Positions 56,012-63,240 of a stretch of 64,000 nucleotides of DNA are shown here, one piece after another; within the stretch, counting starts at the first letter, position 1, and every line of letters begins with the position of its first letter. The translations under genes and the position numbers were made by a program. The stretch covers positions 78,555 to 142,554 of the forward strand of contig CAWHQL010000001.1 of NCBI GenBank assembly GCA_963831515.1, read 5' to 3'. The stretch comes from an uncultured Alphaproteobacteria bacterium (lineage in GTDB: Bacteria > Pseudomonadota > Alphaproteobacteria > Rhizobiales > Xanthobacteraceae). The notes under the pieces were generated by a model. That model did no database searches. It was not told the origin of the DNA and worked only from the letters and a program-made list of their open reading frames with translations.

Positions 56012-58515
56012 TGATGCTCGCTCGCGGGCTGACACCAACGCCGATGACGCTGGCGATTGTCGCGCTGACCGGGGCGGGCGTGCTGCTCGTGTTCGGGTCC
56101 GAGGGCTATTCGCATTTCATCATTGCATTGGTCGCGCTGACGGCAGTTGTCGGCGTTGGACTGAATGTGTTGCTGGGCTTGTCCGGCCAGGTTTCGCTCG
56201 GCCATGTCGGCTTCTACGCCATCGGCGCCTACACGGCAGCGATCCTGACAGTGCACGGTGTGAGCTTCTGGGTGGCTTTTCCGTTGGCCGGCCTTATCAC
56301 CGGCATCCTCGGGGCCTTGCTGGCGTTGCCGGCGTTGCGTGCGAGTGGCCCTTATCTCGCGATGATCACGATCGCATTTGCGTTCATCGTCCAGCACGCC
56401 ACCATTGAATGGAAAACTCTGACGGGAGGTCAGAACGGACTGATGGGTCTCGTTCCGCCAACAGTCGCCGGACATCCATTCGCCGAGCGTGAGATGGCGA
56501 TCTTCGCGACGGTGCTTGCGGGGGTTTCGTTCTTTCTATTTCAACGCCTTGCCGCGAGTGCCTGGGGCAGGGCAATGGTCGCCGTACGGGACAGCGAAAT
56601 CGCCGCGCGCTCGATCGGTCTCAATCCGGTTGCGATCAAGACAGCGGCTTTTGCCATATCGGCGGTGTTCGCCGGCCTGGCCGGTGCGATCTTTGCGCCG
56701 CTGATGATGTTTGTTGCGCCGGACTCGTTCCCGTTTTCGCAGTCGATCCTGTTCCTCCTTGCAGTCATCGTCGGCGGTTCCGGATGGGTCTTGGGTCCGG
56801 CGGTGGGGGCGGTCGTAACGGTGATGCTGCCTGAGCTTCTGTCAGGCCTTGCCGAATACCGCCTGCTATTCGTCGGGGCGTTGCTGCTGGTGGTCCTCTG
56901 GATCGCGCCCGAAGGCGTGATCGGCACGCTTGGCCGCTTCGTGCGGCGCACCGATCCTGCCGTGGCAAAGGACAGTAATTTTGATCTCGCGGCGTTCTTC
57001 GCAACCGATGGCGCACGGCCGCAACTGACAGTGCGCGACATCGGTATTTCGTTCGGCGGGATAAAGGCGGCGGCGGATGTAAGCTTCATCGCGCAGCCGG
57101 GCGCCGTCACGACCTTGATCGGCCCGAACGGCGCGGGGAAGACTACCGTCCTGAATATGATCGGAGGCTTTTATCGCCCCGACAACGGTTCGATTCGCAG
57201 TGGCGAAACAGAATTGGCGGGCGCGCCAGCCTGGCGCATCGCGCGTGCTGGAATTTCGCGAACGTACCAGACGACGCAGCTGTTCGGCGCGATGAGCGTC
57301 CTCGACAACGTTCTCATCGCATTGCGCGATGGGAAACTCGGCAATCCGCTTCGGAGCATCGCAATCGAGGAAGACCGGCGCGCGGCCGAGGCTCTGCTTG
57401 TGTTCGCCGGATATCACGGACCGGTGGCGGCGCTTGCCGGCGATCTGCCGCACGTGGATCGCCGTCTTGTCGAAATTGCACGTGCGCTTGCGACGTGTCC
57501 TCAGGTTCTCCTGCTCGATGAGCCGGGGGCAGGTCTGATGCGCTTGGACAAGGTCGCGCTGGCAAAGTTGATCCGTCGCATCGCCGATCTCGGCATCGCG
57601 GTCATTTTGGTCGAGCACGACATGGCGATGGTCATGAATATTTCGGACCACATTGTCGTGCTTGATGCAGGCAGGATCATCGCGGCGGGCAAGCCCGCTG
57701 AAGTTCGCCGGGACCCACGCGTGCTCAAGGCCTATCTCGGTGATGGCGAGATGCGCGCCAGGCCGCGAGTCACACCCTGGTCAGGTTCGCAGGATCCCAT
57801 CTTGTCCTGTCTCAAGCTGACCGCAGGTTACGGTGCGGCGCCGGTGCTCGATGACGTTTCGTTTGCGGTCAAGCCTGGCGAGATGGTTGCCCTGCTTGGT
57901 GCCAACGGAGCCGGGAAATCGACGGCGATGCGGGCTGTAACGGGCCTGCTGCGCCCGGTGAGCGGAGCCATCGTCCTGCAGGACACGAGAATTGAAAACC
58001 TCGACGCACACAAGATCGCCGCGAGCGGACTGACGCTGGTCCCGGAGGGACGGCAGGTTTTTCCGGAATTGACAGTCCTGGACAATATTCTCCTTGGTGC
58101 ATACACGCGATCCGACGTTGATCGTCAGGCCGAAGTCGAAGCGCTATTGAAACGATTCCCACGCTTGCGGGACAGGCTGTCCAGCCGCGCCGGGCTTCTC
58201 TCGGGTGGTGAACAACAATTGCTGGCGATCGCGCGCGGACTGATGGCGAAGCCGCGCATCCTGTTGCTCGATGAGCCGTCGCTTGGTCTCGCTCCGGCCA
58301 TGATCAATGAATTGTTCGACGTTCTCGCAACACTGCGCGACGATGGTGTGACCATTCTGCTTGTCGACCAGGTGGCCGCGCTGGCATTAACCGTCGCCGA
58401 TCGTGGCTATGTTCTGGAATCGGGCCGCATCGTGCGCGACGACGCAGCGGAAGCTTTGGCGCACGATCCGGCTTTAGAGGCCGCCTATCTCGGCCACGCA
58501 GAGGCAGCGCAGTAA
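56011..58515 (+). CDS. fused LivM-like permease + LivG-like ATPase + LivF-like ATPase (single 834-aa ORF)
   Basis: Residues 1 to about 330 are a LivM-type permease (GQVSLGHVGFYAIGAYTAA). The first ABC module has GPNGAGKTT, LPHVDRRLVEIARAL and LLLDEPGAGL. The second has GANGAGKST, LSGGEQQLLAIARGL and LLLDEPSLGL. There is no stop between modules. Confidence 0.85.
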   Translation: MMLARGLTPTPMTLAIVALTGAGVLLVFGSEGYSHFIIALVALTAVVGVGLNVLLGLSGQVSLGHVGFYAIGAYTAAILTVHGVSFWVAFPLAGLITGILGALLALPALRASGPYLAMITIAFAFIVQHATIEWKTLTGGQNGLMGLVPPTVAGHPFAEREMAIFATVLAGVSFFLFQRLAASAWGRAMVAVRDSEIAARSIGLNPVAIKTAAFAISAVFAGLAGAIFAPLMMFVAPDSFPFSQSILFLLAVIVGGSGWVLGPAVGAVVTVMLPELLSGLAEYRLLFVGALLLVVLWIAPEGVIGTLGRFVRRTDPAVAKDSNFDLAAFFATDGARPQLTVRDIGISFGGIKAAADVSFIAQPGAVTTLIGPNGAGKTTVLNMIGGFYRPDNGSIRSGETELAGAPAWRIARAGISRTYQTTQLFGAMSVLDNVLIALRDGKLGNPLRSIAIEEDRRAAEALLVFAGYHGPVAALAGDLPHVDRRLVEIARALATCPQVLLLDEPGAGLMRLDKVALAKLIRRIADLGIAVILVEHDMAMVMNISDHIVVLDAGRIIAAGKPAEVRRDPRVLKAYLGDGEMRARPRVTPWSGSQDPILSCLKLTAGYGAAPVLDDVSFAVKPGEMVALLGANGAGKSTAMRAVTGLLRPVSGAIVLQDTRIENLDAHKIAASGLTLVPEGRQVFPELTVLDNILLGAYTRSDVDRQAEVEALLKRFPRLRDRLSSRAGLLSGGEQQLLAIARGLMAKPRILLLDEPSLGLAPAMINELFDVLATLRDDGVTILLVDQVAALALTVADRGYVLESGRIVRDDAAEALAHDPALEAAYLGHAEAAQ

Positions 58516-58595
58516 GCACGTACCAATCTCGCGTCGTTGCCCAATCGAAAATTGTCGCGCTAAAGTAGAGCGAATAGCCGCCCGTAGCCCATCGA

Positions 58596-58979
58596 ATGGG
58601 AACAGCGTCAGGAGTGAGCTTGAAAAGGCTCGTACATTTGTTCCCATTCCTTTCTTGCGGGCCGATAGTCCAAAACCTGGCGGTTATCGTTGCGGCATGC
58701 ATGTGCCTTTGTGCGTGCGCACAAATCATCGACCACGCGTCCACAGACGCAGAGACAAGCCAACAGGCGAGCGCACCAGAACAAAGCACGGCGTGCGCAA
58801 AAGCAACTGAATTGCAGGTTGGGATGGCAACGGCGCAAATATTGTCAATTTGCGAGCGAAGACCACAACGAACGTCTGATGTGATCACGCGAGATGGAAA
58901 AAAAGTAACAGTGTGGGTCTATGGGAGCATGTCGTTTCAATTGTCGGATGACAAGTTGATTAGAATTTTCGGACCTTGA
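58596..58979 (+). CDS. lipoprotein (possible BamE/SmpA-OmlA-like fold)
   Basis: Lipobox-like LAVIVAACMCLCACAQ. The start is uncertain (ATG at 58596, or TTG at 58620 after AGGAG). Lies in a lower-GC segment. The C-terminus is ELQVGMATAQILSICE...KVTVWVYGSMSFQLSDDKLIRIF. Confidence 0.5.
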   Translation: MGTASGVSLKRLVHLFPFLSCGPIVQNLAVIVAACMCLCACAQIIDHASTDAETSQQASAPEQSTACAKATELQVGMATAQILSICERRPQRTSDVITRDGKKVTVWVYGSMSFQLSDDKLIRIFGP

Positions 58980-59076
58980 CCAACAGGCCAAGGATATTTC
59001 CGCCAAAACAGGAAGTGAGCCATCATCCGCTGTCACGCGGTCGCGCTAGGTTTTGCAATTTCCCGACAAGAATGTT

Positions 59077-59106
59077 GCGGCCGGGCCTTGGGGGAGGCCC
59101 GGCCGC
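59077..59106. other. GC-rich perfect hairpin between convergent genes
   Basis: GCGGCCGGGCC ttggggga GGCCCGGCCGC is an 11-bp stem. There is no U tract on either side. Confidence 0.4.
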
Positions 59107-59170
59107 TCGCGAACCCGGTCTGGGGACGGGGAGGGGTGGGGACGTGACCGGGAGCGCGAATTCCTTTCTG

Positions 59171-59836
59171 TCAGCGCGCCGAAACCGTGGCGGGCGCGGT
59201 ACGTGGTTCACCAAGCGCGACCCACGCGTTCGGATCGGACTGTGATTGTCGCTTCACGAAGCGGTAGCCGGTCTTGGTCCACGGCAGGACCTCAGGCTCC
59301 TGATTATCGAGAATGAATTCACCGCGATCGGTTTTGACCGTGAGCACGGCGTGACCGTCGCCCTTCTTGTCGCGCACGACGGTGATGAGCAGAGCTTCGC
59401 GCGGCCAGCCGGCCTGTATGAGCATGCGGCGCTTGAGCAGCACGTAGTCTTCGCAGTCACCGTATCCGTCGTCGGGATAATTCCAGCGCTCGACCACGCC
59501 CCAGTGTTCGAGGTCGGTCATTGGCTTGATCGACTCGTTCACCCAGGCATTGACCTTGAGCATGTCGGTCCACGCCTTGGCAGTGAGGACCACGTCGCGC
59601 GGTTCGGATGGCCTGGTCGCGCACTCCAAGCGATATTCGATGCAGAATTCGACCCAGCCGATCGGCGGGCGGGTCGGTTCCCCGACAGTCGCGTAACCCG
59701 GGCTTTCGGGCTCCAACGGCCCGAGCGAAGCCGTGTATTCGCCGGCGGCCACGGCCGTGGATACGGCCATAGTCGCAACACTGGCGAACACCAGCACGCT
59801 GGCGACCCGAAGTGCCTGTTTGAAACGCCTGGCCAT
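59171..59836 (-). CDS. bacterial transglutaminase-like cysteine proteinase (BTLCP; LapG-like periplasmic protease)
   Basis: Sec signal MARRFKQALRVASVLVFASVATMAVSTAVAA. The catalytic contexts are GYGDCEDYVLLK (Cys), GDGHAVLTV (His) and FILDNQ (Asp). Confidence 0.85.
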   Translation of the reverse strand: MARRFKQALRVASVLVFASVATMAVSTAVAAGEYTASLGPLEPESPGYATVGEPTRPPIGWVEFCIEYRLECATRPSEPRDVVLTAKAWTDMLKVNAWVNESIKPMTDLEHWGVVERWNYPDDGYGDCEDYVLLKRRMLIQAGWPREALLITVVRDKKGDGHAVLTVKTDRGEFILDNQEPEVLPWTKTGYRFVKRQSQSDPNAWVALGEPRTAPATVSAR

Positions 59837-60172
59837 TGCGGCCCCTTCCCGTCGTGTCGGGGCCACATTTCCCACAAAGCGTTTGTATTGGCGCTAAATC
59901 GGGGAAGTCAATTTTAGTATAATCAAAGTAAAACGAGACACGAATACTAATAAAACTGAATTCAAGTTTGCCTAAAAGCTTAGACAGTACAATTTAGTTC
60001 AAATTTTATATTTAACGGATCACAGGTAAGAAGATACAGGCGCACGGGGGTTTCTGGGCCGCCGTTTACGGTTGATCGTCCCGCCAATTCAGGGTCGAAC
60101 CGCTGCCACAGGCTGCGCGCCTGTTGATCTATTGTCGGAAAATACGAGGGCAGAATTTACGGAGCGGTGACG

Positions 60173-60796
60173 TTATTCGCCGGTGAGGTTGTCTTCGACG
60201 AAATCAGGGTGCTGAAGGCGCATGAATTCGATGGCAAAGCCATCTTCGATGTGGCGCACGACGCGGCCCTGAGTTTTTCCGATCATCACTACGACGCCAA
60301 CGGCAGGTCGCAGATCCGGCGAGATGCCGATCGCGGCGCCCGACTGCGAAAGATCGATTACGCGGCAGGCGACATTGGTGCCATTTGGCAGCACCAATCG
60401 CGCCGTGGCATTGCGTGGGGCGAAACGGTCATGGCGGCGATCTTCGGGCAGATTGAGGATCTGCCGATTGGCCAGCCAGGTCAGTTGCGCCGCGAGCTTG
60501 TCCCGCTTGCGCAGCGTCGCCGCAACGGTCATCGCAAATCCATTTTCCAGGACGCGCGCGACCTTGCCCTCGATCCGGCCCAGATGATCGACGTAGGCAA
60601 TCACCCGTTCACCCGGTTGCCCGGCGATAGGCGCGATCAGGGCCATGCCACCCGGCGACATATCGATGACCTGGCAGGGAAACTCGCGCCGGTCGGCCAG
60701 CATGTAGCGCCCGAGGAGGTTAACTTTGACGCGCTGATGCCGCCGGCGTTCCTCGGCCAGAGGCAGGATCACCGGTTTGGTCAGTGGCAGCGCCAT
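60173..60796 (-). CDS. tandem PilZ-domain protein (two c-di-GMP-binding signatures)
   Basis: First PilZ domain: RRHQR ... DMSPGG. Second PilZ domain: RRHDR ... DLSQSG. These match RxxxR and D/NxSxxG. 207 aa, no TM. Confidence 0.8.
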   Translation of the reverse strand: MALPLTKPVILPLAEERRRHQRVKVNLLGRYMLADRREFPCQVIDMSPGGMALIAPIAGQPGERVIAYVDHLGRIEGKVARVLENGFAMTVAATLRKRDKLAAQLTWLANRQILNLPEDRRHDRFAPRNATARLVLPNGTNVACRVIDLSQSGAAIGISPDLRPAVGVVVMIGKTQGRVVRHIEDGFAIEFMRLQHPDFVEDNLTGE

Positions 60797-60860
60797 ACTT
60801 GTCGGGATCGGAAATGATTTCCGCGATCACCAAGCCTATTAGCCTATCGTTAATGATGAG

Positions 60861-61469
60861 TTAGCCGCTGAGCTTACTCGTGGGCGATGTGAGGCCCCCG
60901 CTATAGACGCGAAAGCCGTGTCGCAACCGAGGCTCCTCGCCGGCAGGTCCGAATTGTGCATCGCCGGCGATCGAATGAGGTGCCCCGACATGCCGAAAGG
61001 TGCCCAGTTCGAGTGCCGCCACCGGTCTGATGCCCAGCCAAATAGGGGTTGCCACGGGAGCCAGCGCGCCAACCGCGCGGACGCGCGTCCGGCCATCGAA
61101 GGCGAGGGGCAACAGAAGGAGCTCCAAATCGATTTCGGCGTCCTGTTCGGTACGACCATGAACGCCCGCAACGACGCCAATATTTTCGTCGACGACGGCA
61201 GCAACGAGTTCGCGCACTTGTTCGCGGCTCACCTCGCTCCAAAGATCTTCGAAGGCCTCGCCTTTGATCTCACGGGCGAACAGCGCGCAGATGCGGGTGC
61301 CGGCGAGACGGACCCTGATCTCGTTAACGAAGTCAGCCGTTAGAATGAAAGTATCGGCCAGGATATGGCGAATATCCGCCGGATCGATATCGGAGCGCAC
61401 GGGGGCGCGGCGCCTGCCACGCTTCCTCGTCCAATACTTGAACAGTGCCTGCGTCGTGTGATGCTTCAT
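60861..61469 (-). CDS. PAS_5 (DUF1457) domain protein
   Basis: ATG at 61469. MKHHTTQALFKYWTRKRGRRRAPVRSDIDPADIRHILADTFIL...RLAGTRICALF...LELLLLPL resembles the PAS_5 family as recalled. Not verified by HMM. Confidence 0.65.
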   Translation of the reverse strand: MKHHTTQALFKYWTRKRGRRRAPVRSDIDPADIRHILADTFILTADFVNEIRVRLAGTRICALFAREIKGEAFEDLWSEVSREQVRELVAAVVDENIGVVAGVHGRTEQDAEIDLELLLLPLAFDGRTRVRAVGALAPVATPIWLGIRPVAALELGTFRHVGAPHSIAGDAQFGPAGEEPRLRHGFRVYSGGLTSPTSKLSG

Positions 61470-61685
61470 TATCCCCAAAACCCGTTCCGCCACGTCCCGG
61501 CGATGTCGCGGTTGTCCCTCGACGGGACAGACACACCGCCTGTTTCGGCGCGGCATCACGTGTGGTGCAGGGTCTGTGCCTGCTCATGTGCGGAGGCGGA
61601 GGGAATTGCAGTTAGTGTTAAAATGAGAGTCGGGTTGGCGTGGTGTGCCCTGGCAGTTAGGGTCCGCTCATCCATGTGACTGAGC

Positions 61686-61717
61686 CGGTGCAAATCTTGG
61701 CGCACCGGTTTTTATTG
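61686..61717 (+). terminator. orphan plus-strand intrinsic terminator 1
   Basis: CCGGTGC aaatcttggc GCACCGG is a 7-bp stem followed by TTTTTATT. It starts 5 nt after an 18-codon mini-ORF (61624-61680). Confidence 0.65.
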
Positions 61718-61814
61718 AGAGCCTCGGGGAGGCGATGGGATGTGACCAGCCCGTAAGGGTGGCAAAACCCCCGCAACGTGGCTCAGGGAGGGCGAAAGCC
61801 CTCCCTTTTTTTTG
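61718..61814 (+). ncRNA. candidate structured small RNA or 5' leader ending in terminator 2
   Basis: Closing helix GAGCC(61720)...GGCTC(61785). Inner GGGG...CCCC. Hairpin CCAGCCC GTAA GGGTGG with a GNRA loop. Then the terminator with a GAAA loop. No family recognised. Confidence 0.3.
61787..61814 (+). terminator. orphan plus-strand intrinsic terminator 2
   Basis: GGGAGGGC gaaa GCCCTCCC TTTTTTTT. Perfect 8-bp GC stem, GNRA tetraloop and T8 tract. Confidence 0.85.
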
Positions 61815-61878
61815 GACCGACCTGCCTTGCGCTGACGCGCGAAGCTGCGTAACTCCAAATGTCCCATCGGATCCTCCC

Positions 61879-62631
61879 GTGAAACGCGAACCTATCTTCA
61901 ACATCCCGCCCGTGATCATTGCTGTGCTGGCCGTGCTGGTGCTCATTCACGTCGTGCGCGTTTATTTGCTGAGTGAGCAGCAGGACGTCGAATTTCTGTT
62001 GACGTTCGCGTTCATCCCCGTGCGCTACGACAGCTCGGTCATGCTTGGTGATGCGCTCCCCGGGGGCGGCGCGGACGTCTGGACCTTTGTGACCTACGCT
62101 TTCATCCACGCCGACTGGACACATCTTCTCGTCAACTCGATCTGGCTGTTGCCCTTCGGCAGCGCGGTTGCGCGCCGCTTCGGCACGGTCCGCTTTCTTG
62201 CTTTTTTTGCCGTGACCGCTGCCGCGGGCGCCGCCCTGCATCTGGCGACGCACGCCGGCGAACAATTTCCGATGATCGGGGCGTCGGCCGCCATCTCCGG
62301 AACGATGGCAGGGGCGATGCGCTTTTCGTTCCAGCGTGGCGGACCACTTACACTGCTCGGACGGGCCGACGATAGCGCTTACCGCGTCCCGGCCATCCCG
62401 CTGCGCAATGTGCTGTCGGATGCACGCGTGGTGCTTTTTGTCGCGGTCTGGTTCGGGATCAATATCCTGTTCGGGGTGGGGTCGTTTCCGTTAACCGGCA
62501 GCAGTCAATCGGTCGCCTGGCAGGCCCATATCGGCGGTTTCCTCGCCGGATTGTTTCTTTTTTCCTGGTTCGATCCCAAGCCGGATCTACCGCAAAGCGA
62601 CGACGCTGCTGCAACGCCGCAAACTCACTGA
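61879..62631 (+). CDS. rhomboid family intramembrane serine protease
   Basis: Probable GTG start at 61879 (the upstream part of the track ORF overlaps the terminators). FIHADWTHLLVNSIWLLPFG, GASAAISG (catalytic Ser) and QAHIGGFLAG (catalytic His). Confidence 0.8.
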   Translation: MKREPIFNIPPVIIAVLAVLVLIHVVRVYLLSEQQDVEFLLTFAFIPVRYDSSVMLGDALPGGGADVWTFVTYAFIHADWTHLLVNSIWLLPFGSAVARRFGTVRFLAFFAVTAAAGAALHLATHAGEQFPMIGASAAISGTMAGAMRFSFQRGGPLTLLGRADDSAYRVPAIPLRNVLSDARVVLFVAVWFGINILFGVGSFPLTGSSQSVAWQAHIGGFLAGLFLFSWFDPKPDLPQSDDAAATPQTH

Positions 62632-62787
62632 GGTATGCGGGTCTGCTTTCACACAGTTTCGTCTTGACGGAACTGGTGTTGCGGCGGGATCGTTGACTAT
62701 GCCCGGCCATGCTCGGCGCATGGACCGGGGCGTATGTTCGCGCGCATGAGCGATCTAAAAATAATCATGCGTGCCAGGGAGGCTGCC

Positions 62788-63231
62788 ATGAACGTCAAAT
62801 CGATTCTGGCCGCCAAGAAACGTAACTTGGGCGGCGACATTGTTACCATCGAACCGACGGCCAATCTCGCGGCGGCGGCGAAATTGCTCTCGGCGCACCG
62901 CATCGGTGCCGTATTAATCCGCGGTCCGGGCGGGCGCCTTGCCGGAATATTGTCTGAGCGCGATATCGTACGTGCACTGTCGGAGCACGACGCGGATGCG
63001 CTGGCTTTGCCGGTCGGTCAAGTAATGACGCGCGAGGTCGCAACGTGTGGCGAGGAGGACTCGTGCGCCAGCATCATGGAGCGCATGACGACGGGGAAAT
63101 TCCGTCACCTGCCTGTCATCGCCGATGGTCAGTTGGTGGGCCTTGTCTCGATCGGCGACGTGGTCAAGCAACGCGTCGAGGAGGTCGAGAGCGAATCCGA
63201 GGCGATGCGCGACTACATCCGGACCGCGTGA
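62788..63231 (+). CDS. CBS-pair domain protein
   Basis: AGGGAGG RBS. 147 aa with two CBS units (HRIGAVLI...GILSERDIVRAL; FRHLPVIADGQLVGLVSIGDVVK). Confidence 0.85.
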   Translation: MNVKSILAAKKRNLGGDIVTIEPTANLAAAAKLLSAHRIGAVLIRGPGGRLAGILSERDIVRALSEHDADALALPVGQVMTREVATCGEEDSCASIMERMTTGKFRHLPVIADGQLVGLVSIGDVVKQRVEEVESESEAMRDYIRTA

Positions 63232-63240
63232 GGGTCGGAG

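Noticed and set aside
58304-58888. 194-aa minus-strand ORF overlapping the end of the fused ABC gene and the lipoprotein gene.
   Set aside because: It overlaps two better-supported plus-strand genes, and its composition is Cys/Arg/Trp-rich and non-protein-like.
61717-61814. Resemblance of GGCGATGGGATG... to a fluoride (crcB) riboswitch, or to other known riboswitch classes (guanidine-II, SAM-II).
   Set aside because: Only a short GGCGAUG string matches. The conserved downstream elements and helices of those classes are not present, and the downstream gene (rhomboid) does not fit them.
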